From Octopus sinensis (lineage: Eukaryota), in NCBI RefSeq assembly GCF_006345805.1, contig NC_043001.1, positions 16,182,001 to 16,246,000 on the forward strand: a stretch of 64,000 nucleotides of DNA. The letters run 5' to 3'. The notes beneath the pieces were generated by a model, which was not told the DNA's origin, ran no database searches, and saw only the letters and a list, made by a program, of their open reading frames with translations. Shown piece after piece: positions 1 through 11,708 of the stretch. Made by a program: the position numbers and the translations under genes. The stretch's first letter is position 1. The number at the start of each line of letters is the position of its first letter.

Positions 1-104
1 TGGTTCCGGGTTCACTCCTTGGGCAAGTGTCTTCTACTATAGCCTCGGGCCAACCAAAGCCTTGTGAGTGGATTTGGTAAACGGAAACTGAAAGAAGCCC
101 ATCG

Positions 105-139
<35 letters not shown>

Positions 140-345
140 CTGTGTTTGTTCCCCAACATCGCTTGACAACCGATGCTGGTGTGTTTGCATCCCCGTAACT
201 TAATGGTTCGACAAAAGAGACCAATAGAATAAGTACTAGGCTTACAAAGAATAAGTCCTGGGGGTGATTTGCTCGACTAAAGGCCGTTTTCCAGCATGGC
301 CGCAGTCAGATGACTGCAACAAGTAAAAGAGAGAGAGTAAAGAGT
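1..345 (+). mobile_element. tRNA-headed SINE family A (head cut by window edge)
   Basis: Matches the many family-A copies: body, internal (TA)n(TG)n, and tail gtaaaagagtaaagag. Confidence 0.9.
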
Positions 346-995
346 ATATATAAGAAAAATCGGACACATGCACAAGGTATATGTGTTGTTAGTTCATAGG
401 TTAGCTGTGGCTTTTAGGTATAACAATATATTCTCTATGTGCCTGGTGTAAAAATTGTGGACATTGACTGATGAATCTACAATAATCAATATTGCACGAT
501 TGCAAAGACCTGTTGAGGCAATCAAAATCGAATTCAAACTCGGTGACTGGCATCCGTTGCTAGTGGAGCACTAAGAGTACCATGCGAGTGAGATCGTTGC
601 CAGAGCAACAAGCTGGCCTCCATGCCGATGCCACATCAAGCACACCATTCGAGCGTGATCGTTACCTGCATTGCCTTATTAGCACTTGTGCTGGTGGCAT
701 GCGAAAAAAAATACATTCAAGTGAGGTCGTTGCCAGTGCCGCTGGACTGGCTCCTGTGCAGGTGGCACATAAAAAGCACCATTTGAGCATGGCCGTTGCC
801 AGTACCACCTAACTGGCCCTTGTGCCGGTGGATCGTAAAAGCACCCACTACACTCTCAGAGTGGTTGGTGTTAGGAACGGCATCCATCTGTAGAAAATCT
901 GCCAGATCAAGATTGGAGTCTGGTGCAGCCATCTGGTTCGCCAGTCCTAAGTCAAATCGTCCAACCCATGCTAGCATGGAAAGCGGACATTAAAC

Positions 996-1027
<32 letters not shown>

Positions 1028-1410
1028 CAGTCCACTGGGTTGTCAGATCCTGTAGAACCAACCAATTCATGACAGATGTCAAGCAATGATGATGATGATG
1101 AACAAAATGAAAGCGATAGTATCAAATTGATTTATATTTTTTGTAAAAATCCATATAATGATTGCATAGGATAGAAACCTTGGTTACTTACTAAGTATAT
1201 TTGTTTTCAAAATGTTCACCTGAAACACAAAACTGAAATGTCATGACATTATTATCATCATTTTAGCGCCTATTTTCCCATGCTTGTATAGGTTAGACAA
1301 GAGAATGTTGAGACAGAGTTTTCTGTGGGTAAATGCCAACCCTCACTTATTTCCACATTTTGTAATAATCTCCCAGTCTTTTGAACAACAAACAACCTGT
1401 ATATGGTTAC

Positions 1411-1725
1411 AGAGAGAATTAGAGAGCTGTTCTTCACTCCTGCTCCAGAGTGTCGGCTGCGGGGTCACTCCGAAAAGCTCTACCTGCGACGATTTCATCT
1501 CAATCGAAGGAGAGGAGCTTTCTCCGTCCGGGTTGCGGATCCGTGGAACAAGCTGCCGGACGAGATGGTGAAGATGCCGACGACCGCTTTGTTCAAAGTC
1601 TCCCTTGACCTCAAGTGGCCTGAACTCTTTACATGAACACCACCCTGTACTTAACTCCATGTCCCCCTACATGGCCTTGCTTTTTGCTTTTGAGCCAAAA
1701 AATTAACTAACTAACTAACTAACTA
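1411..1725 (+). mobile_element. 5'-truncated CR1-like LINE (ORF2 C-terminus plus 3'UTR)
   Basis: Open frame RLRGHSEKLYLRRFHLNRRRGAFSVRVADPWNKLPDEMV...FKVSLD, typical of the CR1 ORF2 end, with stop at 1634-1636. 3'UTR hairpin ccatgt-cccct-acatgg and an (AACT)n tail. Confidence 0.85.
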
Positions 1726-1966
1726 GTAATAAATGACACCTTCAGTGAGTCATTGCTTACCACCAACAAACACATGAGTACACGCACATACACATGTGTG
1801 CATGTCGGAGTTCTTTCGGTTTCTGTCTACCAAATCCATTCACAAGGTTTTAATCAGCCTGGGATTATGGTATAAAGCATTTACACCTGGTGCCATGCAG
1901 TGTGGCTGAACCCTAAATCATATGGTTAGGAAATAGGCTTCTTAACCACACAGCCAAGACTGTATA

Positions 1967-2359
1967 TCTTCTTTATATATGAAAGTCAAGTTGTGTGTCT
2001 GTCTTCTGCGATTTAGATTCCTAACTACTCCCACATTTTGCGGTGCAGTTTAACCAAAACCGGGTATCTTATAGTCGTGATTCATATCGAGCCCTTCTGG
2101 GTATTAGCGCGCGTCTACGATGAGTCGACGATTTAAAAAAAAAATTTACCATAATTTTTTTCCATTTTAATGCATTTTTTTCGCTATTATATAAGGGAAG
2201 TAACTCTCTAAAAATGTCTACGATGAGTCAACGATTTTTAAAAAAATTTACCATCATTTTTTTTCCCATTTTTTTGCTATTTTTGGGCTATAACTCTCTA
2301 AAAATGCTTATATAGTTATTTCCCTTACAAACCCGAGCAACGCCGAGCGATACTGCTAG
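1967..2359 (+). mobile_element. Non-autonomous Helitron, family Hel-A
   Basis: 5' A|TC...tatatat.aaag and 3' GC-rich stem followed by CTAG|T, with no TSD. Homologous to 10533-10857 and 58467-58866. Confidence 0.8.
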
Positions 2360-3197
2360 TATTTGATAAAATTGATCTAAAGTAAACAAACACGTCACAA
2401 CAATGAAACAGCTGTTCAGAAAGGTGCTAAAAAGAAACTTTCCAAATAAGCTAACAATAGTGTTATCATCATCACCATCATCGCCATTTAATGTTCTCTT
2501 TTTCATGCTTTTAAGGATCAAATAGAATTTGTTGAAGTAGATTCTATAGTTGGATACCTTTACTGTCCCCAACCTTCACTTGTTCCTAAGCAATGTAACT
2601 TTTCCTTCCGGTGGGGCATGTTTTTCACTTTAAACAGTGAATGAACACCACTCACATGAAGGTTTATAACTATCATGTGATGCCAAGACAAGATTCACTT
2701 AAAACAGCATCATCATCATCATCATTTAATGTCTGCTTTCCATGCTGGCATGGGTCGGACGGTTTGACAAGAGCTGACCAGGATCCATGTCTCTTTTTAT
2801 ATGGTTTCTACAGTTGGATGCCCTTCCTAAGACCAACCACTTTACAGAGTGTAATGGGTGCTTTTACATGGCACCAGCACAGGTGGTTTCTGTGTGGCAC
2901 ACATAATGGGCCTCTTCCAGTTTCAATCTGCCCAATCCAATGAGAAAGCTTTGGTCAGCCAGAGGCTATAGTTGATGACATCTGCCAAAGGTGCCATGCA
3001 GTGGGACTGAACTCCTGATCACATGGTTAAGAAGCAATCTTCTCAACCACATATCCAAGCCTGTGCAATGATATGATACCACTTTCAAATATCTTGTAGC
3101 TGTCAATCATGGTGTTTGTTGTATCTTACATACTTACTAAAATTCTTTTACTTGTTTCAGGCATTTGGCTGCAGCCATGCTGGAGCACCGCCTTAAA

Positions 3198-3637
3198 AGA
3201 CACTTGCCCAAGGCGCCACACAATGGGACTGAACCCGGAACCATGTGGTTGGTAAACAAGCTACTTACCACACAGCCGCTCCTACGCCTATATATATATA
3301 TATATATATATACGACGGGCTTCTTTCAGTTTCCGTCTACCAAATCCACTCACAAGGCATTGGTCGGCCTGAGGCTATAGTAGAAGACACTTGCCCATGG
3401 TGCCACGCAGTGGGACTGAACCGGAACCACGTGGTTGGTAAACAAGCTACTTACCACACAGCCGCTCCTACGCCTATATATATATATATACGACGGGCTT
3501 CTTTCAGTTTCCGTCTACCAAATCCACTCACAAGGCATTGGTCGGCCTGAGGCTATAGTAGAAGACACTTGCCCAAGGTGCCACGCAGTGGGACTGAACC
3601 CGGAACCACGTGGTTGGTAAGCAAGCTACTTACCACA
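3198..3637 (-). repeat. Three tandem head-halves of SINE family A
   Basis: Head/body segment repeated at ~180-bp spacing with (TA)n spacers. Confidence 0.85.
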
Positions 3638-4053
3638 AAAAGAAAGATTTACTTAAAACACCATCATCATCATCATCATTTAATGTCTGCTTTCCATGCT
3701 GGCGTGGGTTGGACGGTTTGACAGGAGCTGACCAGGATCCATGTCTCTTTTTATATGGTTTCTACAGCTGGATGCCCTTCCTAATACCAACCACTTTACA
3801 GAGTGTAATGGGTGCTTTTATGCAGCCTTAGCATGGGTACATTTGCACGATACTGGTTCAGGTGCTTTTTACGTGGCACCATCACTCATGAGCCCACAAG
3901 ATTAGGAACACTCAGCTGGAGAGGGAAGCAATCTTCTCAACCACATATCCAAGCCTGTGCAGTGACACGGTGCCACTTTCAAATATCTTGTAGCTTCCAC
4001 AATTTTTGTTTCATCAGATTTTTAATATACTTTACAGGTTTGTTTACAATCAG

Positions 4054-4282
4054 GCGGTGAGCTGGCAGAAACGTTAGCGCACAGGGCGAAATGCTTAGCG
4101 GTATTTCGTCTGCCGTTACGTTCTGAGTTCAAATTCCGCCGAGGTCGACTTTGCCTTTCATCCTTTCGGGGTCGATAAACTAAGTACCAGTTTCGCACTG
4201 GGGTCGATATAATCGACTTAATCCGTTTGTCTGTCCTTGTTCGTCCTCTCTGTGTTTAGCCCCTTGTGGGTAGTAAAGAAAT
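4054..4282 (+). mobile_element. SINE family B, monomer with 18-bp TSD
   Basis: Head ggcgg.gagctggcagaaacgttagc, B-box-like GAGTTCAAATTCC, and TSD aggtttgtttacaatcag at 4036-4053 and 4283-4300. Confidence 0.92.
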
Positions 4283-4516
4283 AGGTTTGTTTACAATCAG
4301 CAAATACTGTAATATATTCGAAACAGCTGAAAGATTCCTCATTTTTCATAGAGAACTATACAATCTACTACGAGATATGGGAAATAACCAAAACAACTAA
4401 CACTATAAATGTTAAGGCAACACATGGAAGATTAAACATCAACTGAACCAAGTTCTATTATTTGAGAATATTATTTGTTTTTCATGTGTTATTTCCCTTT
4501 GCCAAGTTTTGTTTCA

Positions 4517-4745
4517 TCTCTATATATAAAGCTGAAGTTGTCTGTGTATGACAGGTTTGGTAGCCTTCTACTAACACTATCTCTCCCGAGACCCTGTGTG
4601 CCCCAAGTTGACCAAAATTGAGAGTATGATAGAAGAAGGCTTGCTCTTCCTTCAAATTGGACCATGTTAACACCAAAAATTATTTACATCAAAAAGGTGC
4701 TTTTTTTCTATGAAAATCCCTATTTTTTTACGATTTTTGACTGCA
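4517..4745 (+). mobile_element. Helitron Hel-B, 5' part
   Basis: A|TCTCTATATATAAAGCTGAAG start. Matches the 5' half of 41152-41546, and the 3' end is missing. Confidence 0.7.
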
Positions 4746-4770
4746 AATTAAATAAAACACAAAATAAATA

Positions 4771-4952
4771 ATTTGGCGTAACTTCGGTATAAGTACCGGA
4801 TACATTTCAAGAAAGTGTTTTTTTATATATATATATATAGGGGATGGGGGGGTTAGGGTTAGGGGTGGGAGAAAAAGGTTTCTGTTATCTTCAGAAATGT
4901 AAACAAAGCCACTTCTGGTACTTATGGTACCTATACCGAAGGATCGCCAAAT
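4771..4952. mobile_element. MITE with 27-bp imperfect TIRs and a (TTAGGG)2 core
   Basis: atttggcgtaacttcggtataagtacc versus the reverse complement of ggtacctataccgaaggatcgccaaat. ttagggttaggg at 4853-4864. Confidence 0.7.
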
Positions 4953-5276
4953 ATTTTTTTTTTTTACACAAAGTAAATAATGTTTGTTAAACAAAGTAAA
5001 TAATTTTTTAAACAAAGTAAATAACACAAAGGATCGACTAGTCGTGACTAGCTAGCGCGAGTAAGCGAGTGCGCGCACCGGGACCATTGTTCTCAAGTAG
5101 TACCATAAACTACAAGTGGATGACAAAATGCTAACGAGATCCCTATTCACCCTGTATTTTAACAGCTATTTGTCCAGTTGAACATTGTTAGAACTGAATT
5201 TACAGTGGAAATTTCTCTTATTCGCTGTCGTCAAAGACGCACTATCGATCAAGGAAGTAAAATATCAATTAATTGA

Positions 5277-5290
5277 GCGGAAGTGACGTC
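5277..5290 (+). promoter_or_regulatory. Overlapping ETS-CRE composite motif, probable caspase core promoter
   Basis: GCGGAAGTGACGTC(T) matches the known ETS/CRE overlap (G/C)CGGAAGTGACGTCA at all but the last base. It lies ~350 bp upstream of the caspase ATG in a locally CpG-rich stretch. Confidence 0.6.
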
Positions 5291-5639
5291 TTGCACAGTG
5301 CGTGAACGTTTGTTGTTACCACTGAGTTAATTATGAATCATTTCCTCATATCCCACGTCTTAACTTAATTATTAATCTATTGATGCGAACAGGGAAAGTT
5401 TTCGTAGTCAACACTTGTCATTGAATAATCGCTTGTAATTGTTCCAGTTATCATGAAATCATAAAGGAGTGCCTTTAACTGCTATTTCTAGGCCGAGAAA
5501 AAGTGAAAACGCGCACTATTGACTTTTTCCTTCCTCAACTGCTGTGGCAAGTCAACTGTCCTAACGCTCCACCGTTGTTTTTCTACTGGTTCGTCTCTGC
5601 TCTTTTGTACATTTATTGTTTTATACATTCAGATCAACC

Positions 5640-6506
5640 ATGGACTTCGCAGATGCACAACATTTTGAAGGTATATATTTTACAGAAAGAAACATTGAGT
5701 TACCGCCTCAAGATGTTGACATGGAGTCTGATGTTAGAATTGGCGAATCTGCAGTTGTCAAATATAACATGGATCGTAGCAAAGGGAATCTGGCTTTAAT
5801 AATCAATAATGAAACCTTCAACGAATCGACTGGTATGTCTAACCGACAAGGATCCGATAGAGATGCATTAGCTATTAAACAGGCTTTGGAGTTGTTGCAT
5901 TTTAAAGTGATCGACCGCAAGAATTTATCAGTGAAAAGCATGAAACAAATATTTACGGATATATCTGCGTTGGACCATACGAATTATAACTGTTTCGTTT
6001 GTGTTATATTGTCTCACGGTGAAGACGATAACCAGATATATGGCATTGATGATAAAGTAAAACTAGACGATTTAGTGGAGATGTTGCTTCCTAATAGATG
6101 TCCAAGCTTAATAGGTAAGCCAAAACTATTCTTCGTACAAGCCTGTCGGGGAACAAAACTGGACAGTGGTGCTGTTATGCACGATGCTGGTGATGTCAGA
6201 GTCAGGCATCAAAATATAAAATCTCAGAAAGTACCACTTTGGGCCGACGTTCTTCTGGCTTATTCCACTGTCCCTGGATTTTACTCCTGGAGAAATTCTA
6301 CTAATGGATCGTGGTTTATTCAGTCGTTAGCCCACATTTTGGAAAGAGACGGAGACCAACATGAACTGCAGCAATTAATGATTTCAGTAAATCGTAGGGT
6401 TGCCTATGAATATGAGTCTAATACCAACCACTGGCATATGAATAAAATGAAACAAATTCCGTGCATAGCAAGCATGTTAACTAAAGAATTATACTTTTAC
6501 AAGTAA
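5640..6506 (+). CDS. CASP3/7-like: Effector caspase (caspase-3/7-like, peptidase C14A), 288 aa, single coding exon
   Basis: Uninterrupted ORF from ATG 5640. Catalytic His motif ILSHG (6012-6020), catalytic Cys motif KPKLFFVQACRG (QACRG 6138-6152), and small-subunit motifs YSTVPGFYSWRN, GSWFIQSL, QIP and LTKELYF. Short prodomain with no CARD/DED. A pyrimidine-rich ...ttatacattcAG (5632) lies 7 nt before the ATG, suggesting a 5'UTR intron. Orthology to CASP3 versus CASP7 cannot be resolved here. Confidence 0.96.
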   Translation: MDFADAQHFEGIYFTERNIELPPQDVDMESDVRIGESAVVKYNMDRSKGNLALIINNETFNESTGMSNRQGSDRDALAIKQALELLHFKVIDRKNLSVKSMKQIFTDISALDHTNYNCFVCVILSHGEDDNQIYGIDDKVKLDDLVEMLLPNRCPSLIGKPKLFFVQACRGTKLDSGAVMHDAGDVRVRHQNIKSQKVPLWADVLLAYSTVPGFYSWRNSTNGSWFIQSLAHILERDGDQHELQQLMISVNRRVAYEYESNTNHWHMNKMKQIPCIASMLTKELYFYK

Positions 6507-7699
6507 AATTATATATACATGCATACATACATACAAGGATGAATCAAAAGCAGGGCCCAGTTTCTGGGAAATCATGCCTTTATTGCTTTACAGGTCATTA
6601 CTAACAATTTTTGAAAGTTACATAATGTGAATCATGTATCTTGTTTTGTTGGGTCTGGAGTCATTCTGTTTCAATGCCTTATTAATTAACACACTCACCG
6701 GTTCAGTTTCTACTCATTTACCTATTTATTTAATTTTTTTTTTTCTAAAATTTTCGTTACTTCTTGCAACCTCTTCAATAGTTGTTGACTGTCATGTTAT
6801 TAATATTCCTTGATATTCCAACCCTAAAATAGGAATTGGGTGCTACTTCTGACTCGCCCCGTATGTAAACTTCATGAAATTTTTTCTATTTCGTTTTAAA
6901 TTCTGCTGAAAACATTTAATTTCTTTTTACTTTAATATTGGAGAAAATTACTGGCCTCATTTTCGGCTATTGACAGACTATTTCTCTACGATTATAACGT
7001 ATACAGATAACTTAATAAAATTGATAATTTATATTAAAATAATCGTTGTATATTGTTGGTTGTATTGTAACGTACTGAAGCATTTATGGGGACATTATTA
7101 AACCAGTGAGGTACTGGTTTAAGCACCCCATAACTCTTCGTAACTTTTAAAAATATTTTTTGGAATTTTCAGCAAATTTTTGTAAATTTGTTTTCTACAC
7201 GCGGAAATTGATTTATCATGCGATTTTCTTTTAAATTCTTTAACCCCCTCCTCTATTAATCCTAAAATTTCCACTCTTTTTCGATCTTTTTGCTTCAATC
7301 AGAGTTTAAAATAGAGAGTCCGAATCTGTCATTTGTTTGTTTATAATTTCAAACTAATTGTTGAAATCCAAATTTAAAAAGTTAAAAATATTCTCGTGGC
7401 CTATTTATTATAGCTTCTGGATCGAAACACACCATGTAACCCGTCAAGGTTATAATTTTTTTACCTTTTGGTACTTTCAGAAATGTTTTGCGAATTTGTG
7501 TATTATACCTTGGACCTCGCACAATTGTACAAAAACAAAATGTTTGCCCCTATCCCCCATAAATCCTTACGGATGCTGAAATTAGACTTAACCCGTATCG
7601 ATCGCATTGCTGGGGTTTATCTTCATTGATTTAAAAATGGTATGTAAAACACAATTTTACTAGCATACTTTTCTGTTAGTAAATGGTTTTTGTTTTTCT

Positions 7700-8348
7700 T
7701 ATACATATACAGACAATGGCGTGGCTAGATTATGTGCCGCCCCCGGACCCCACAAAAACCACATATTGCCTACAACAGACCCAAAAGTCCCGCCCATTAA
7801 AAATGCGGACCGCCTGCCCCACTAGCTATGCTAGTGTATACAGACACTCGCTTGGTAAGAATTTTAATTACAAAGTTAGTTTTTTTGTTTTGTTTTGTTG
7901 CTTAAATCCCAGCGATGGTCCATCTTTGGCCGCATCGTCATTCTATTGAATGTGTTTATGGGGAGAAATATATTGAAAAACATCAATACATGTCAGAGTG
8001 ACAAATAAACAAGGAAGGTATCAGGTAGTCGTGGGATGTGCTAAAAACAAAATCTCCTTTTAAATTATACCTTTTTAACGGAAAATTGTTTTGAAATTAT
8101 AAAAAGAAACAAATGGCAGATTTAGACCGTCCATATCGCCCGCCATTTAGGCGATCTTTCGCTTTGACTTGCAGAACTGTCATCCGGATCAGCTGGCTTT
8201 GTTTGTTAATTTCCGTAAAAAATTCTAATTTTATTTTCTTTTGTTTTCAAGTGAAAGATGTATGAATGTGTATATGAAATGGACGTGTATGAGAGAGAGA
8301 GAGAGAGTACCACTTACACATACATGAGAACAAACACGTTCACTCACT

Positions 8349-8379
<31 letters not shown>

Positions 8380-8560
8380 GTACATACAAAAAAGATGTGT
8401 GCATACGTATTGATGTATATACGTATTCCCATGCAAGCTTCTTACCACACAACACATTCATACATATGCACATATACAGTAATCGCACGCCATATCACGG
8501 TTCACGTATCGCGCCCGCAGTACATCGCAGATTTTTCTGGCTAGTATATGTCAATTTATA
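7700..8560. promoter_or_regulatory. CpG-rich promoter-like region with no assigned gene
   Basis: GC boxes (gccgccccc ~7736, cccgccc ~7788) and YY1-like CCGCCATTT (8140-8148), with CpG density well above the surrounding unique DNA. Confidence 0.35.
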
Positions 8561-8587
8561 TCATGATTTTCTGCAATCCATAGATAT

Positions 8588-9046
8588 TTATCTCTCTATA
8601 TATAAACGGCAAAATGTCTGTGTGTGTGTATGTGTGTCCTTTATACAAATCCACAATATTTCAGTCAGAGGGCTCGCACTTTCTATGGTCATTCAAAACC
8701 ATCCTAGGGTGGTCGTGCACATCTTTACATTTCCCCAGTCACCCCGCAAAGCCATTAAAAAATCAATAGAAGTGACCTTTTTGTGAATTTTCTATCCAAA
8801 ACCCAATCAAAATGCCCGAAACTTGACATGCCAATTGAATGCCAGCTAGCTGTATGTGATTGGACAGAGATTTGGACAGTACTCGCGTGTATGTGCACAC
8901 GCACGCAGCTGTATATGCATGCACTAGCACTATGACCCGTACATGAGTAAACAAAGAATCGCTCATGCTGTTTGGAAAACGAAAGTCGGGAGGCGAGTGT
9001 GCGGTGGTGTTTTGCATTCATAATAAAATTAGCTTTTAAGCTAGTT
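8588..9046 (+). mobile_element. Possible third Helitron-like non-autonomous family
   Basis: A|TCTCTCTATATATAAA start like Hel-A/B and a possible CTAG|T end at ~9045, but no clear terminal hairpin. Confidence 0.35.
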
Positions 9047-10532
9047 CCTTTGGAGGGCTCTTCATTAGGTCTTGGGTCCAACAATGACACTTCAAGCTTT
9101 AAGTACATTCTTTTACTTGTTTCAGTCATTTGACTGTGGCCATGCTGGAGCACCACCTTTAATCGAACAAATCGACCCCAGGACTTATTCTTTGTAAGCC
9201 TAGTAAGCCTCTTTTTGCTGAACCGCTAAGTTACGGAGACGTAAACACACCAGCATCAGTTGTCAAGTGGTGTTGGTGGGGGAACAAACACAGATACACA
9301 CATACACATACACCTATATATATACATATATATATATATATATACACGATGGGCTTCTTCCAGTTTTCGTCTACCAAATCCACTCACAAGGCTTTGGTCG
9401 GCCCAAGGCTATAGTAGAAGACACTTGCCCAAGGTGTCATGCAGTAGGACTGAACCCAGAATCATGTGATTTGTAAGCAAGCTACTTACCACACAACCAC
9501 TCCTGCGGCCTTATTAAATTTTATTGAATTTGAACAATATTTTTCAAGCAATGAACAATTTTTATGAAAACAAGGGTATAATTTGGAACTTATTGCAAAG
9601 CTGCTTGGTAAGTAACAATACCATCGCCACAACATCTGCCATACACATACCATTCAGCCTTTTTGTGATAGTTATAGAGGTGGATGTGGCGGTGATGATG
9701 GAAGTGGTGGTAGCCGAAGCGGTCAGGGATGACGCTGAGAATAAGCGATGTGAAAGACAGTGGTGATGGTGGTGGCGTCAGAAGTCTGAATGGTGTTTGT
9801 ATGACAGATGTAGTGGCGATGGTGGTGGTGGTAAATGAATTCAGTGTTCAGTCCCTCTCTCTCTTATTATTACTCCCACTGCCACCATCAACACTACTAC
9901 TTTTAATAAGACATCATCAACAGTAGAAGTGTTATTGAATAATGAGAGAGCGGGGCCAAAGTGTGGCACACTGACACACAGAAATTAGTTTTCGCATTTA
10001 TTATATTAGATAAATATATACAAATTATACAAATAATTTTAAAAATATACTTTGCGGATTTTCACTTATCGCGGGGGTTTTTATTGGAGCGTTACACCCG
10101 CAGTAGTCAAGGGATTACTCTGTGTGTGTGTGTATATATATATGTATCAGCTGAAATTGCGAGGATAAACTGGTGTTTGACTGAGGAAAGAAAGCTTCGA
10201 ATGACCCGTCCTTGTTTTCTTTGTATCGTCTATCTGGATGTTTTGTTGTTCCTTTTTGTATCACCTAGCTGTCCGGATGTTTTGCATTCTTGTCCCATTT
10301 TGTATTTTATATATATATATATATTGAATTTGTTTATCGGAAATGTTTTGAATATACAAATAAAGCTTCTATTCCCTTAATGCCAGCCACAGTCTAATGT
10401 ATTAATATATAGTTGAAAAGGGGTTAAGAAATTTATATATAATAAAGGGTTCAAGCGGTAGAGATCAAGAACTTTATTAAATCGACCCCCTTTAAATCCA
10501 TTTAATGCAATGTATACATACAGCCGACCATA

Positions 10533-10857
10533 TCTTTATACTACTCCCACATTTTGCGGTGCAGTTTAACCAAAACCAGGTATCTTATAGTCGTGATTCA
10601 TATTGAGCCCTTCTGGGTATTAGCACGCGTCTACAATGAATCTACGATGTAAAAAATAATTTACCATCATTTTTTTTCGCTATTATATAAGGGAAGTAAC
10701 TCTCTAAAAATGTCTACGATGAGTCAACGATTTAAAAAAAAAATTTACCATAATTTCTTTTCCATTTTTAATGCATTTTTTTGCTATTTTTTGGCTATAT
10801 AATGCTTATATAGTTATTTCCCTTACAAACCCGAGCAACGCCGGGCGATACTGCTAG
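10533..10857 (+). mobile_element. Non-autonomous Helitron Hel-A (internally deleted)
   Basis: A|TC start, end cccgagcaacgccgggcgatactgCTAG|T, and body matching 1967-2359. Confidence 0.8.
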
Positions 10858-11708
10858 TTCTGAATAAAAAAAAAGAAATCTGAAATTCAATTCAATAAAA
10901 AAATTTTGCCAATAAAATAATTCGTTCCCCAACACGTTTCCAAACAACAAAAACAAACACACTACAAGAGAGAAACAATTTCTTCCAAACCCTTTCAGAC
11001 CTTCCTGTATCCACTTAATACACACACATGCACACACACGCAGCTGACCGTATCAATAGAATTGCTGATACTTGATCCCTTACATTCTATTCTAGATTCT
11101 CAACATAAACAACAAATAACAAACATGTTTATTACTATGCAACTATGCACTGAATATAAAAACAAGGTGTTTTAATTTTCAGTCTTTTCTTATTTCCTCC
11201 TGTTTGACTTTGAATTTTTTAATATTTGATAAGATGGACATAAACATCGAAACCGGGCAATATTTTATAATAATGAATGTAACAAATATAAAAATACTTA
11301 TTCTGTACAATTAAAGGAAAGTAAAGTATTTTTAAAATTCTGTATGGTTTCTAGTTTATTTTTTACCTATACATTACCGCCTCGACTGGCTTCCGTGACA
11401 GTGGCACATAAAATACACCAATCCGACCGTGGCCGTCTGCCAGCCTCGTCTGGCACCTGTGTCGGTGGCACGTAAAAAGCACCCACTACACTCAGGGAGT
11501 GGTTGACGTTAGGAAGGGCATCCAGCTGTAGAAACATTGCCAGATAAGACTGGAGCCTGGTGCAGCCTTCTGGCTTCTCAGATCCCCGGTCGAACCGTCC
11601 AACCCATGCTAGCATGGAGAACGGACGTTAAACGATGATGATGATGATGATGATGATTATATATATAAACGTTCTTGTTTCATTTTTTGTTTTCTTTTCT
11701 ATATATAT

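Noticed and set aside
4853-4864. TTAGGG repeats as an interstitial telomere
   Set aside because: Only two units, inside TIR-bounded MITEs.
10172-10210. Hammerhead-like CTGAGGA-stem-CGAAT in a repeat shared with 50125-50160
   Set aside because: Core has GAAT instead of GAAA, and the putative stem III/cleavage triplet is not conserved between the two copies. CTGATGAG at ~29979-29986(-) also lacks a downstream stem II-GAAA.
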